A DNA stretch of 64,000 nt from a virus (lineage: Duplodnaviria > Caudoviricetes), in IMG/VR virus record IMGVR_UViG_3300032116_000009. One strand, 5' to 3'. Both the position numbers and the translations under genes were made by a program. Of the stretch, positions 46,854-54,221 are shown in pieces. The number at the start of each line of letters is the position of its first letter. The stretch's first letter is position 1. The notes under the pieces are model-generated. The model was not told where the DNA came from. It saw only the letters and a list, made by a program, of their open reading frames with translations, and made no database searches.

Positions 46854-47486
46854 TTACCATTCCAGTGCTTCAGCCACTGAAGGGAACTGTTCTTTAAAGA
46901 CTTCTTTGCAAGCCAAGGCAATATCCATGTGTTCTTTTTGAGTTCCATTTTCAGAACGCAGATTGATATAATGAATCCAACTACGGCAAGAGCCAGACAT
47001 GTAGATACGTGTAGGTGTAGCCAAGGGAAGAACAAAACGAGCACACTCCTTTGCAACACCATGAGAAAGAAGTTGTTTATAAAGTTGCATTGATTGTGCG
47101 AAGTGTTCTTGAATCTTACTTTGAAGAGTCAGTTTCTCATAGTCTGGAATATCATCAATTGAGTTCTGACGATTCTTGGTATCTTGACGACGAAGATCTG
47201 GAACAGGAATATAGTCACTCAACAAAGAAGAATCTGCATAACGTTGTGAAAATTCTTGATATGTAAACGAACGGTGTCGAAGGATTTGGGCTGCGATACC
47301 ACGATTCGTTTCAATTTCAAGAGTCATAAAAGACTGTTCAAAAACAGACCAATGATTATGCTTAATACAATAAGCAAGCAACTTGGCATAGTTTTCGTTG
47401 TCTTGATTCGCAGGATTACTAACTCGTGCAACATACGCCATTGTTTTTTCTGCATCAGGCGTTACCGAAATAAGTTTTACAGTCAT
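46854..47486 (-). CDS. thyX: Flavin-dependent thymidylate synthase
   Basis: H.SVFEQ, RHRSFTYQEFSQRY, E.AR.VLP, LRSENGTQKEH. Confidence 0.96.
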   Translation of the reverse strand: MTVKLISVTPDAEKTMAYVARVSNPANQDNENYAKLLAYCIKHNHWSVFEQSFMTLEIETNRGIAAQILRHRSFTYQEFSQRYADSSLLSDYIPVPDLRRQDTKNRQNSIDDIPDYEKLTLQSKIQEHFAQSMQLYKQLLSHGVAKECARFVLPLATPTRIYMSGSCRSWIHYINLRSENGTQKEHMDIALACKEVFKEQFPSVAEALEW

Positions 47487-47495
47487 TTCAATTCC

Positions 47496-47663
47496 TCAAT
47501 CTGGGTATCCATCGTCGTCAAAAACCTCATCATAATCACTGATATGATTCAGGTTTTCTTTTGGTTGTTTGTAAGAATCTGGATCCGAATAAACTTCAGA
47601 TTTAAGTGCATCTACAAGTGATTCCAAATTTCTTACGATTAATTTTAGTCTTTCTTTATCCAT
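47496..47663 (-). CDS. Conserved cyanophage hypothetical (55 aa)
   Basis: Read manually: MDKERLKLIVRNLESLVDALKSEVYSD. Confidence 0.7.
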   Translation of the reverse strand: MDKERLKLIVRNLESLVDALKSEVYSDPDSYKQPKENLNHISDYDEVFDDDGYPD

Positions 47664-47694
47664 GGAATAATAGTTCTCTCATCCATTTTACCAT

Positions 47695-47720
47695 AAAAAA
47701 AGGAGGGGATCAACCCTCCT
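47695..47720 (-). terminator. Intrinsic terminator closing the riboswitch operon
   Basis: AGGAGGG/CCCTCCT stem, 6-nt loop, T6 on the minus strand. Confidence 0.8.
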
Positions 47721-47727
47721 CAATAAT

Positions 47728-47817
47728 TTACTTATAAATCCATTGAATATACAAGGATAACATTATCGTAGTTAAAGCAATTGCAGCAGTAGACGATATG
47801 ATGATTTGTGCCATCAT
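47728..47817 (-). CDS. 29-aa hydrophobic microprotein
   Basis: Read manually: MMAQIIISSTAAIALTTIMLSLYIQWIYK; ATGA overlap with upstream ORF. Confidence 0.55.
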   Translation of the reverse strand: MMAQIIISSTAAIALTTIMLSLYIQWIYK

Positions 47818-47912
47818 TTTGCCCCTACTAATTGTGCAAGTTGAGCTTGATAACGACGATCTTGTTTTTGTTTTTGTTCTTTAATGAGTTGTAGGAAGTT
47901 AAGTTTTTTCAC
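47814..47912 (-). CDS. 32-aa basic microprotein
   Basis: Read manually: GTG start, MKKLNFLQLIKEQKQKQDRRYQAQLAQLVGAK; GGAGG upstream. Confidence 0.6.
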   Translation of the reverse strand: MKKLNFLQLIKEQKQKQDRRYQAQLAQLVGAK

Positions 47913-48067
47913 TTCTGCACCTCCATGTTTTTGCATGGACGATACGCTACTCCACGATATGTATTTTGTGGATGAGCAGGAGCGTGTGTTTTGTTATACC
48001 AAGACACATACTCTTTCTTTGCATCTTCAGTGTCGTACTGACACCCTCTATAAACGACTTTAGACAT
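47909..48067 (-). CDS. DUF4278-like small protein
   Basis: Two YRG(C/V).Y motifs; AAGGAG RBS before ATG 48067. Confidence 0.75.
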   Translation of the reverse strand: MSKVVYRGCQYDTEDAKKEYVSWYNKTHAPAHPQNTYRGVAYRPCKNMEVQK

Positions 48068-48098
48068 TAGGGTTCTCCTTAATTTTGAGGCTAAAGAG

Positions 48099-48270
48099 CG
48101 TTCCTTCAGTCGGCTTTTGCGTCTATAAAGCAACCTTTTTTAGTTACTTGTTTAACCTCCCAAACTATATCATTTCTTTGTTGAGCGTCCAATTTTGGAT
48201 GGGTAATTACCCTCCCAATAATAAAATTGGCCTGAAGACAAGTTAAAAGGAATGCTTCCATAGATGAACG
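48099..48270 (-). ncRNA. Glutamine-riboswitch-like element 2, P2 loop contains an ORF
   Basis: CGTTC-A-TCTAT (48270-48260) ... ATAGA-CGCAAA-AG-CCGA-CT-GAAG-GAACG (48126-48099). Confidence 0.7.
48106..48261 (-). CDS. 51-aa protein nested in riboswitch element 2
   Basis: MEAFLLTCLQ...CFIDAKAD; ATG lies in the P2 5' strand and the stop TGA in the P3-J3/1 segment. Confidence 0.65.
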   Translation of the reverse strand: MEAFLLTCLQANFIIGRVITHPKLDAQQRNDIVWEVKQVTKKGCFIDAKAD

Positions 48271-48273
48271 ATC

Positions 48274-48519
48274 CGTTCCGAGTCGGCTTACTTCCGTCCT
48301 ATTCAGTTTTAGCACTTATTGACAACATCCTTTCGGAGTTCTAATAGCAATCGGTCTTCTACTCTTTGAATAACTACATCGTCGTTTTTAACGATGTCCA
48401 TTAGTTCCCACGCTGCGTCACAACTTATACTCACAGGAAATGACTTTGGTTGTGGCGTAGAAACAGAAAGAAGTGGAACCCATGCCAAAAGCAAAAGTGC
48501 CTTAGTCATAGGATGAACG
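48274..48519 (-). ncRNA. Glutamine-riboswitch-like element 1, P2 loop contains an ORF
   Basis: CGTTC-A-TCCTA (48519-48509) ... TAGGA-CGGAAGTA-AG-CCGA-CT-CG-GAACG (48301-48274). Confidence 0.7.
48309..48509 (-). CDS. 66-aa protein with hydrophobic N-terminus, nested in riboswitch element 1
   Basis: MTKALLLLAWVPLL...ISC..AWELM; ATG overlaps the P2 5' strand. Confidence 0.65.
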   Translation of the reverse strand: MTKALLLLAWVPLLSVSTPQPKSFPVSISCDAAWELMDIVKNDDVVIQRVEDRLLLELRKDVVNKC

Positions 48520-48529
48520 TTAGAGGATT

Positions 48530-48559
48530 ATTATACCTCTATTCATACTATCTATGCAA
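48530..48559 (-). promoter_or_regulatory. Sigma70-type promoter of the riboswitch operon
   Basis: TTGCAT (48559-48554), 18 nt, TATAAT (48535-48530); predicted start a few nt before element 1. Confidence 0.7.
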
Positions 48560-48566
48560 GTTATTT

Positions 48567-48582
48567 TGTATTATTTGTTACA
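48567..48582. promoter_or_regulatory. NtcA-type binding site
   Basis: TGTA-TTATTTGT-TACA matches GTA-N8-TAC with preferred flanks. Confidence 0.6.
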
Positions 48583-48583
48583 A

Positions 48584-48901
48584 TTAATCTCTTTGTCTCC
48601 AATCATCTGGTTTATCACCAGAAAAGAAGTCGATTATATCATCTACACTATTGAATCCTGTTCTATGATTTGAAGGATCTGGATCACCTAAATCTAGTTG
48701 ATTCATAAAGTCATCCATATCACCTTCTTGCATATTGGGATTAGCAGCACGTCGTCTTGCTTGTCTTAAAATTGTTGCTGCACTTCTGTTAGACTTAGAT
48801 AATTTTTCTGCCCATATCATATCACTTAGCTCTACAGATTCACCTTTTGCAATTCGTTCACAGATTGCTTCTAGGCGAAGACGGTATTGAGTAGAGAGCA
48901 T
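48584..48901 (-). CDS. Conserved cyanophage hypothetical protein
   Basis: MLSTQYRLRLE.IC..I; late motif CTAAATA at 48928-48922. Confidence 0.75.
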   Translation of the reverse strand: MLSTQYRLRLEAICERIAKGESVELSDMIWAEKLSKSNRSAATILRQARRRAANPNMQEGDMDDFMNQLDLGDPDPSNHRTGFNSVDDIIDFFSGDKPDDWRQRD

Positions 48902-48928
48902 ATACTTCTCCAGATATAGTGTATTTAG

Positions 48929-49255
48929 TTAACGCTCAATATAACTTAGTGTGTGATTTGTTGCATTTAGTTGTGCAATTATTATATCACATCCTATTTT
49001 TGGATTACAATCTCCACATGTATAAACATCACATGCGGCTTTACCATCTTCCGGCCAAGTATGAATACTTATATGACTCTCAGATAATAAACAGAGTACA
49101 GTTACTCCTTGTGGATCAAATTTTTTAAAGATAGTTTGACATACAGTTGCTCCACTTGCAGCTGCTGCATTTTCTAAGAGATCCATAAGAAAATGCTCAT
49201 CGTTCAAGTGAGCGAATGAGCATCCAAACAAGTTAAGAAGATAGTGCTTTCCCAT
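48929..49255 (-). CDS. speD: S-adenosylmethionine decarboxylase proenzyme family
   Basis: H....L.GC, F.PQGVT...LLSESHISIHTWPE...A.DVYTCG. Confidence 0.92.
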   Translation of the reverse strand: MGKHYLLNLFGCSFAHLNDEHFLMDLLENAAAASGATVCQTIFKKFDPQGVTVLCLLSESHISIHTWPEDGKAACDVYTCGDCNPKIGCDIIIAQLNATNHTLSYIER

Positions 49256-49498
49256 TTAAGTAGGATTGTCCTCCTGATCCTTTAGTAAACGACTTACGAT
49301 TTGTTCTCTTCCGTCCATCATGGCTACAGTGTAAATAGAAGATCGCATATACCTTTTAATTTTTTTATACTGTTTTTTCACTTCCTTGATTTGATCAAGG
49401 TTCATTTGAATATTTAAATCACCAGAAATTACTTTTTCTTTTTCTTCTCTGGTGGTTGATAGTTCCACATCTTTGGATTGATCGTTCCGTCCGTCCAT
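49256..49498 (-). CDS. Hypothetical protein (start uncertain)
   Basis: 80-aa ORF overlapping the upstream gene. Confidence 0.5.
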   Translation of the reverse strand: MDGRNDQSKDVELSTTREEKEKVISGDLNIQMNLDQIKEVKKQYKKIKRYMRSSIYTVAMMDGREQIVSRLLKDQEDNPT

Positions 49499-49686
49499 TT
49501 AATACCTCTCACATCTCTGTACTTATCCCAATAATAATTAAAAATATCAACTTGTGATCCAGCTTGAACTACATCATACTGGACATCATCATCTATACCA
49601 TAAGTAACTAGATATGAGTTCCTGGGCAGATCACGATTTTTTGCAAGAACGGGATCACAATTTCCATGAATAATATTCACTGACAT
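49429..49686 (-). CDS. Conserved cyanophage hypothetical protein
   Basis: Start moved to MSVNIIHGNCDP; FN.YWDKY. Confidence 0.7.
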   Translation of the reverse strand: MSVNIIHGNCDPVLAKNRDLPRNSYLVTYGIDDDVQYDVVQAGSQVDIFNYYWDKYRDVRGIKWTDGTINPKMWNYQPPEKKKKK

Positions 49687-49687
49687 A

Positions 49688-50242
49688 TCAAGAACGATTC
49701 CCCCATGTAATATCAGGGTACGCCTCAGATACAAGTTCTTTGGTGATATTATATTTAGTTTGAAGTTTTTTATCTTTTACAAGACATAATACCTCAGCCT
49801 CTCCTGGGTGAAAAGATTCCAACATATTAATAAACATCGTTTCTTTACGAAGTTTATTCATACTATCATTTCCACCTTTCACAAAGTTATAAAATTTACT
49901 CCATTCTTTACGGATATTAGAACTTGGAGATTTATCAGCATTTTCATTTTGTTGAATAGGAACTTCTCCCTCTGGAAGGACTGAGGTTATTGACTCATCA
50001 AAGTTCCAAATCAAAAGAGATTTAATAAAGTTTTCATTATATTGTTGAAGGATATTAATTTTTTTATCCTTAGTTCTTTCGGCAACAACAGCCGAAAAAA
50101 TTTCATGGACGTAAGAAGTTGGAGTCAATTCAATCTTCTCTACGGTTTTAGTAACCTTAGGAGTCGTTGTCTTTTTTGCGACAGGACTTTTAGTAGTTGT
50201 CGAAGACTTTTTACTAGTCGTCGTCTTCTTCGTAGTCGTCAT
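49688..50242 (-). CDS. Conserved T4-like cyanophage protein
   Basis: Lys/Thr-rich leader; LIWNFD.SI.S.LPEG.VP; RKETMFI.MLE..HP.EAE. Confidence 0.75.
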   Translation of the reverse strand: MTTTKKTTTSKKSSTTTKSPVAKKTTTPKVTKTVEKIELTPTSYVHEIFSAVVAERTKDKKINILQQYNENFIKSLLIWNFDESITSVLPEGEVPIQQNENADKSPSSNIRKEWSKFYNFVKGGNDSMNKLRKETMFINMLESFHPGEAEVLCLVKDKKLQTKYNITKELVSEAYPDITWGNRS

Positions 50243-50438
50243 AGCTATTTTCAAATCGTACTGCAATTATTTCGTCTGGAATGATATTCCCATTGTCGTC
50301 AAACATTTCTGGATGAGCGAATACTTGTTGAGGAGTTGAAAAAACAACATGTTCTTTCCATAACCAACCCACTATACCACCAATTATTAAGAACATGAAA
50401 GATACCATACAAAATATGGCAACTAATGGTGCTGTCAT
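50214..50438 (-). CDS. Small single-pass membrane protein
   Basis: Hydrophobic N-terminus, then HPEMFD.NG. Confidence 0.7.
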   Translation of the reverse strand: MTAPLVAIFCMVSFMFLIIGGIVGWLWKEHVVFSTPQQVFAHPEMFDDNGNIIPDEIIAVRFENSYDDYEEDDD

Positions 50439-50442
50439 GGTT

Positions 50443-50634
50443 CTACCTCCGAGAGATTCCTTTCTTTTTTATGTCAAATGAAAATTCAAAATAGACGTGA
50501 ATCTCTCTTCTAAGGAGAGAAACCATCTTACCAAAACTGAACTTAAAGGTTTTTGGTTGATCAGGTTTTTCCCTCCTTTTTCTTAACAATAATTCCACAC
50601 CTCTATTTATGTACAACTCACGAGGCTTAGTCAT
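50443..50634 (-). CDS. Conserved cyanophage hypothetical protein
   Basis: INRGVELLLR.RR. Confidence 0.65.
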   Translation of the reverse strand: MTKPRELYINRGVELLLRKRREKPDQPKTFKFSFGKMVSLLRREIHVYFEFSFDIKKKGISRR

Positions 50635-50636
50635 AA

Positions 50637-50873
50637 TTATAGAACTGAAAGTTCTTTTAGGTACTTGATAGTATCATTACAACCACCTAAAACTTTGTTG
50701 TCCATAACAACTTGTGGAAAGGTACTTCCTTCACCAAATTCTGAATAAAATTCTTCTTTAGTAAAGTGTTTGTCTAAAGTATAAACAACAAATTCTTTAC
50801 CACAAAGTTCTAGAACTTGTTTAATTTTATAACAATAAGGACATTCAGGTTTAGAATATACAGTAAACTTCAT
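50637..50873 (-). CDS. nrdC: Glutaredoxin
   Basis: CPYC, TFPQV, GGC. Confidence 0.92.
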   Translation of the reverse strand: MKFTVYSKPECPYCYKIKQVLELCGKEFVVYTLDKHFTKEEFYSEFGEGSTFPQVVMDNKVLGGCNDTIKYLKELSVL

Positions 50874-50899
50874 TTTTTGTTGTTGATATTTTGTAATAT

Positions 50900-51040
50900 T
50901 TAGAGTTCTATTTCATACTCATTTGTGTAATCATACACTCTATCTGCAATTAAGTCAATCTGTATTTGAATACCTTTTACGTCTTCTTCAATCACATTAA
51001 TTTTTTTAAAGAGGAGATCAATTTTTTCTTCTAAAGTCAT
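50900..51040 (-). CDS. Small coiled-coil protein (46 aa)
   Basis: Read manually: MTLEEKIDLLFKKI...; TGATG overlap. Confidence 0.55.
   Translation of the reverse strand: MTLEEKIDLLFKKINVIEEDVKGIQIQIDLIADRVYDYTNEYEIEL
50930..50958 (-). promoter_or_regulatory. Sigma70-type promoter upstream of glutaredoxin
   Basis: TTGACT (50958-50953), 17 nt, TATGAT (50935-50930). Confidence 0.6.
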
Positions 51041-51249
51041 CACTCCTCCATTGGATGGCCTTTACGCCAAGTAGATGTGTTAGGAGGATCACACTTTGCA
51101 TCCCAAGACCTAACAAGCAATTCTGTAAAGAGTTCCATTTTATCTGGATGGACTGAAGCCGGATTTTGATTGATTGCATTTTTAAGTGCTACCAACTCGT
51201 TCCATTCGGAATCTGTCAGAGAACCTGTTTGAAAATTGGAATGAGTCAT
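51040..51249 (-). CDS. Conserved cyanophage hypothetical protein
   Basis: EW.EL.ALK.AI...PASV.P.KME.F..LLV. Confidence 0.7.
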   Translation of the reverse strand: MTHSNFQTGSLTDSEWNELVALKNAINQNPASVHPDKMELFTELLVRSWDAKCDPPNTSTWRKGHPMEE

Positions 51250-51344
51250 AAACCTCCTCGTTTGTGTTTAAATTCTAACACAACGCCCATCAATATCTAT
51301 GATAGTTAATAATGTTTTTATATTTGATTTACAAGCAGTAACAA

Positions 51345-51578
51345 TTACATTCCAAAAGGGCCCCAACGACCCCTCTTACTATCATCATCTCCGTTCATCC
51401 TTTCTTCCAATTTATCAATTAATTTATCTGCAGAAATGAGATTATCAATATCCATAATCATATCTGCAATATGTTTACCGACGAAAGGTTTTTCTTGGCG
51501 AGCAGCATACGCAAGAGCATTACGCAAAGATTGTTCGGCTTCTTTTAAACTTGTTTCTACAGATTCACTTAGTGCCAT
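51345..51578 (-). CDS. Conserved cyanophage hypothetical protein
   Basis: MALSESV..SL.EA...LRNALAYAARQEKP. Confidence 0.7.
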   Translation of the reverse strand: MALSESVETSLKEAEQSLRNALAYAARQEKPFVGKHIADMIMDIDNLISADKLIDKLEERMNGDDDSKRGRWGPFGM

Positions 51579-51735
51579 TTAGTCTATCCTCACATTTAGT
51601 ATAAAAGGTTCCATTTACATAACAAGACTTACCTGGTTCATAATATTTTATTACAGGTGTTTGTATCCTTGGATATTCTACCACATTTTTTACATGACAG
51701 AAAAGATTGTATCCACAAATAAGAGCTTCAATCAT
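51565..51735 (-). CDS. Hypothetical protein (56 aa)
   Basis: Read manually: MIEALICGYNLFCH...YYEPGKSCY.NG.FY..C. Confidence 0.55.
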   Translation of the reverse strand: MIEALICGYNLFCHVKNVVEYPRIQTPVIKYYEPGKSCYVNGTFYTKCEDRLNGTK

Positions 51736-52595
51736 CAGCACTCATCCATTCCAAGTGATTTAGTAACTTTGCGAAGAGTATAAGAACCATTATTATTATC
51801 TACCCACTCAACTTGATCTCCTTCTTTAAGGTTTGCAGCTTCTAGAAGATCATCTGGAAAATTTACATAATAGTCATCCACACCATCAATTACTGATTGT
51901 TGAACGGGAAGTAACCACTTCTTTACTTTATCTTCCTTGATCAAAACTCGTTCAGTTTCTCCAGGATTGCGAGCATAAACTGTCTTCCCTCCATCTGGAG
52001 ACTCATAAATTTTCCCACTGAAGGGGTTCAACCGACTTGGATCATTTCGGTCATAATCATAGTAATATTTGGAGTATTCTCCATCAAGTTTTGCTCGTTT
52101 ATCGTAGTACTCAGCTTCTCTTAGATTATATTCACGACACTTTTCTTTTTCCTGATCCGATGATGCTTTGTCACACATCTCATTCAGTTCTTCTTCGGTA
52201 TAACGAAGTGCTTCCATATCACTATGTCCCCATGGGGGCATACAGTCATCTTTACTTACACTACTTACCGTCGAACCTTTGTATTCTTCTGGATAATAAT
52301 TCTCTTCCCAGAAAGAAGTCCAAGACTTTTTACATTCTTCAGATGAATCGTCCTTATCACAACTGAAAACTTTATTCAGATGAGTCTCATATTTGTTACT
52401 CTGACTATTACCATTTAGAAGAACAAGTAATTCATTACAACGATTTGCATTAATTGTGAAGTGATTATATTGTTCTTCAACGACACCTTTGATTACATCA
52501 TAGATTTCCTGTGGGGTTGCTTCAGAAGAAGACAAAGAATCATACATCCAATTTTCAAGATTCTCAAGAGAATACTTCTTATAGTCAAAGTCCAT
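51735..52595 (-). CDS. Mosaic protein with C-terminal AbrB/MazE-like domain
   Basis: C-terminal YVNFPDDLLEAANLKEGDQVEW.D..NGSY.L.K. Confidence 0.7.
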   Translation of the reverse strand: MDFDYKKYSLENLENWMYDSLSSSEATPQEIYDVIKGVVEEQYNHFTINANRCNELLVLLNGNSQSNKYETHLNKVFSCDKDDSSEECKKSWTSFWEENYYPEEYKGSTVSSVSKDDCMPPWGHSDMEALRYTEEELNEMCDKASSDQEKEKCREYNLREAEYYDKRAKLDGEYSKYYYDYDRNDPSRLNPFSGKIYESPDGGKTVYARNPGETERVLIKEDKVKKWLLPVQQSVIDGVDDYYVNFPDDLLEAANLKEGDQVEWVDNNNGSYTLRKVTKSLGMDEC

Positions 52596-52764
52596 CGGTC
52601 AAGTCCTTGATTGCTTGTTCCATAATAATCTTAATTTGATCATCTGTCAAGTCATTTAGCCAAGACCATCGTTCATCGTTTTTATCCCACTCAAAAGCAA
52701 AAGAGCCGTCATCATTTTGGATAATATTTAATCCACTGGGATGTATAGGAGTATTTTCAGTCAT
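52585..52764 (-). CDS. Hypothetical protein (59 aa)
   Basis: Read manually: MTEN...NDDGSFAFEWDKND.RW..LN.L. Confidence 0.6.
   Translation of the reverse strand: MTENTPIHPSGLNIIQNDDGSFAFEWDKNDERWSWLNDLTDDQIKIIMEQAIKDLTDGL
52622..52650 (-). promoter_or_regulatory. Sigma70-type promoter
   Basis: TTGACA (52650-52645), 17 nt, TATTAT (52627-52622). Confidence 0.6.
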
Positions 52765-53725
52765 CTCTTTCTAAATCTAAAGTTACACAATGGAAACACC
52801 CACTTAAAGTTCTTGAGTGTCTCATAGGAAGCATGGCACAATCTATACCATATTTTTCTAACTCTTTTCTTGTTGGTTCTTGATGTTCTTCTAAAACAAC
52901 GAGATTAGGATTGACACTAAAAAGATTCATGTTAATCCATGTTGAGGCATGATTATAACCTGGATAGTATCCAATGTCAACAGGTTCTGGGCACCAAATT
53001 ACATCCCAATTTTTAAATGGTGCAGGAAGAACATCTTTACTCTTAATCCTTTCTGGATTAGCCAATAATAATCCCTCTCTTAGAAATGCAATTGTTGTGT
53101 CAATGTGCATATAACTATACACACCTTGAAGTAAATGAACTTGAATGTCTGGACCCAAAACTTGTTGAAGTTTATTCGCACCAGAAATGTTTCCACTATT
53201 AGAAACTAGATATAAAACATGATCATTAGCCCTAATAATATTGGCAGCATCAAAAGCAGGAGAGTGTTCAGTGAGTGCTAAAACATCTTTATTCCCTAGA
53301 CATTCATCATTATACAATTTGTCATCATAGGTACAAGTTAATGGAACTAATCCATCAAAATGATGAGCGATTGAACCAAAATTATACCTCCTAGCCTTTA
53401 GGGGCATTGGAGTTGCAAAATAGTTATTTCCATGGATGAATATACAATCTCTGGGACAGAAATTATAATATCCTGTTGGTTCACTATGAGGTCTTACTAC
53501 ATCTACTCCCTCTTGTCTTAAGAAGTTTGCGAAGATTTCTAGATCTTCATTAGCTTCTTGTATAACTTGATCAGGATATAATCCTGACTTTACATCGGAA
53601 ACATCTTCACGATCTGCATAGTTAATCAATCTCAGACTACGATCCATTTCAGGCACTCTTGCATAATCTGCAATACCCACAATAACCTTTTTTAATCTTC
53701 CCCACTCATTAGTACTATTGTTCAT
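52757..53725 (-). CDS. Amidinotransferase (glycine/inosamine-phosphate amidinotransferase family)
   Basis: NEW..LK.VIVG, CPRD, FDAAN, HIDTT, C-terminal G.FHC.T.D. Confidence 0.88.
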   Translation of the reverse strand: MNNSTNEWGRLKKVIVGIADYARVPEMDRSLRLINYADREDVSDVKSGLYPDQVIQEANEDLEIFANFLRQEGVDVVRPHSEPTGYYNFCPRDCIFIHGNNYFATPMPLKARRYNFGSIAHHFDGLVPLTCTYDDKLYNDECLGNKDVLALTEHSPAFDAANIIRANDHVLYLVSNSGNISGANKLQQVLGPDIQVHLLQGVYSYMHIDTTIAFLREGLLLANPERIKSKDVLPAPFKNWDVIWCPEPVDIGYYPGYNHASTWINMNLFSVNPNLVVLEEHQEPTRKELEKYGIDCAMLPMRHSRTLSGCFHCVTLDLERDD

Positions 53726-54221
53726 TTAATACTCCAGTTACTTGAATTGCATATCTATCTTTCATACTGAAATTATAAAATGCATGGATTTCATCATAGT
53801 TCCAGTAAAAACAATCACCAGCCTTCCAATCACAGTAACAAGTATCTTTCACTTGCAAAATTTGGCCTGGAGAATTATCTTCCAACATAACCATACATCT
53901 AATAACATTTTCAGATCCTATGTTATTAATTTCTAGATATTTACCAAAAAGATCTGTATGAAGAGGTAGATATTGTCCTGGTTTAAAATAATTTACTGCT
54001 GCGCCAACTTTATCTAAAAAATAAAATTGAGGAATGATATATTCCTCAACGCACTTTGGCATTGGATCTGGTTGTTGGTACTTGTATATAGATAATTTTT
54101 CCTCACTGTGACCAGAACTTAAATATTGGTTAACCAACTCTTCATCTTTATGTGTAGACAAAACGTAGTCTAGATTATAAAAATCTTTGATATTCCAATT
54201 AGGTTTTATATGATTTAACAT
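53715..54221 (-). CDS. Cupin/2OG-oxygenase-like protein (Asp/Asn beta-hydroxylase-like)
   Basis: PGQ.LPLHTD, W.AGD, distal HA..N. Confidence 0.65.
   Translation of the reverse strand: MLNHIKPNWNIKDFYNLDYVLSTHKDEELVNQYLSSGHSEEKLSIYKYQQPDPMPKCVEEYIIPQFYFLDKVGAAVNYFKPGQYLPLHTDLFGKYLEINNIGSENVIRCMVMLEDNSPGQILQVKDTCYCDWKAGDCFYWNYDEIHAFYNFSMKDRYAIQVTGVLNEQ

Noticed and set aside
46854-47486. Introns or inteins in thyX, tRNA-Leu(UAA), phoH or gp32
   Set aside because: All are uninterrupted and of normal length
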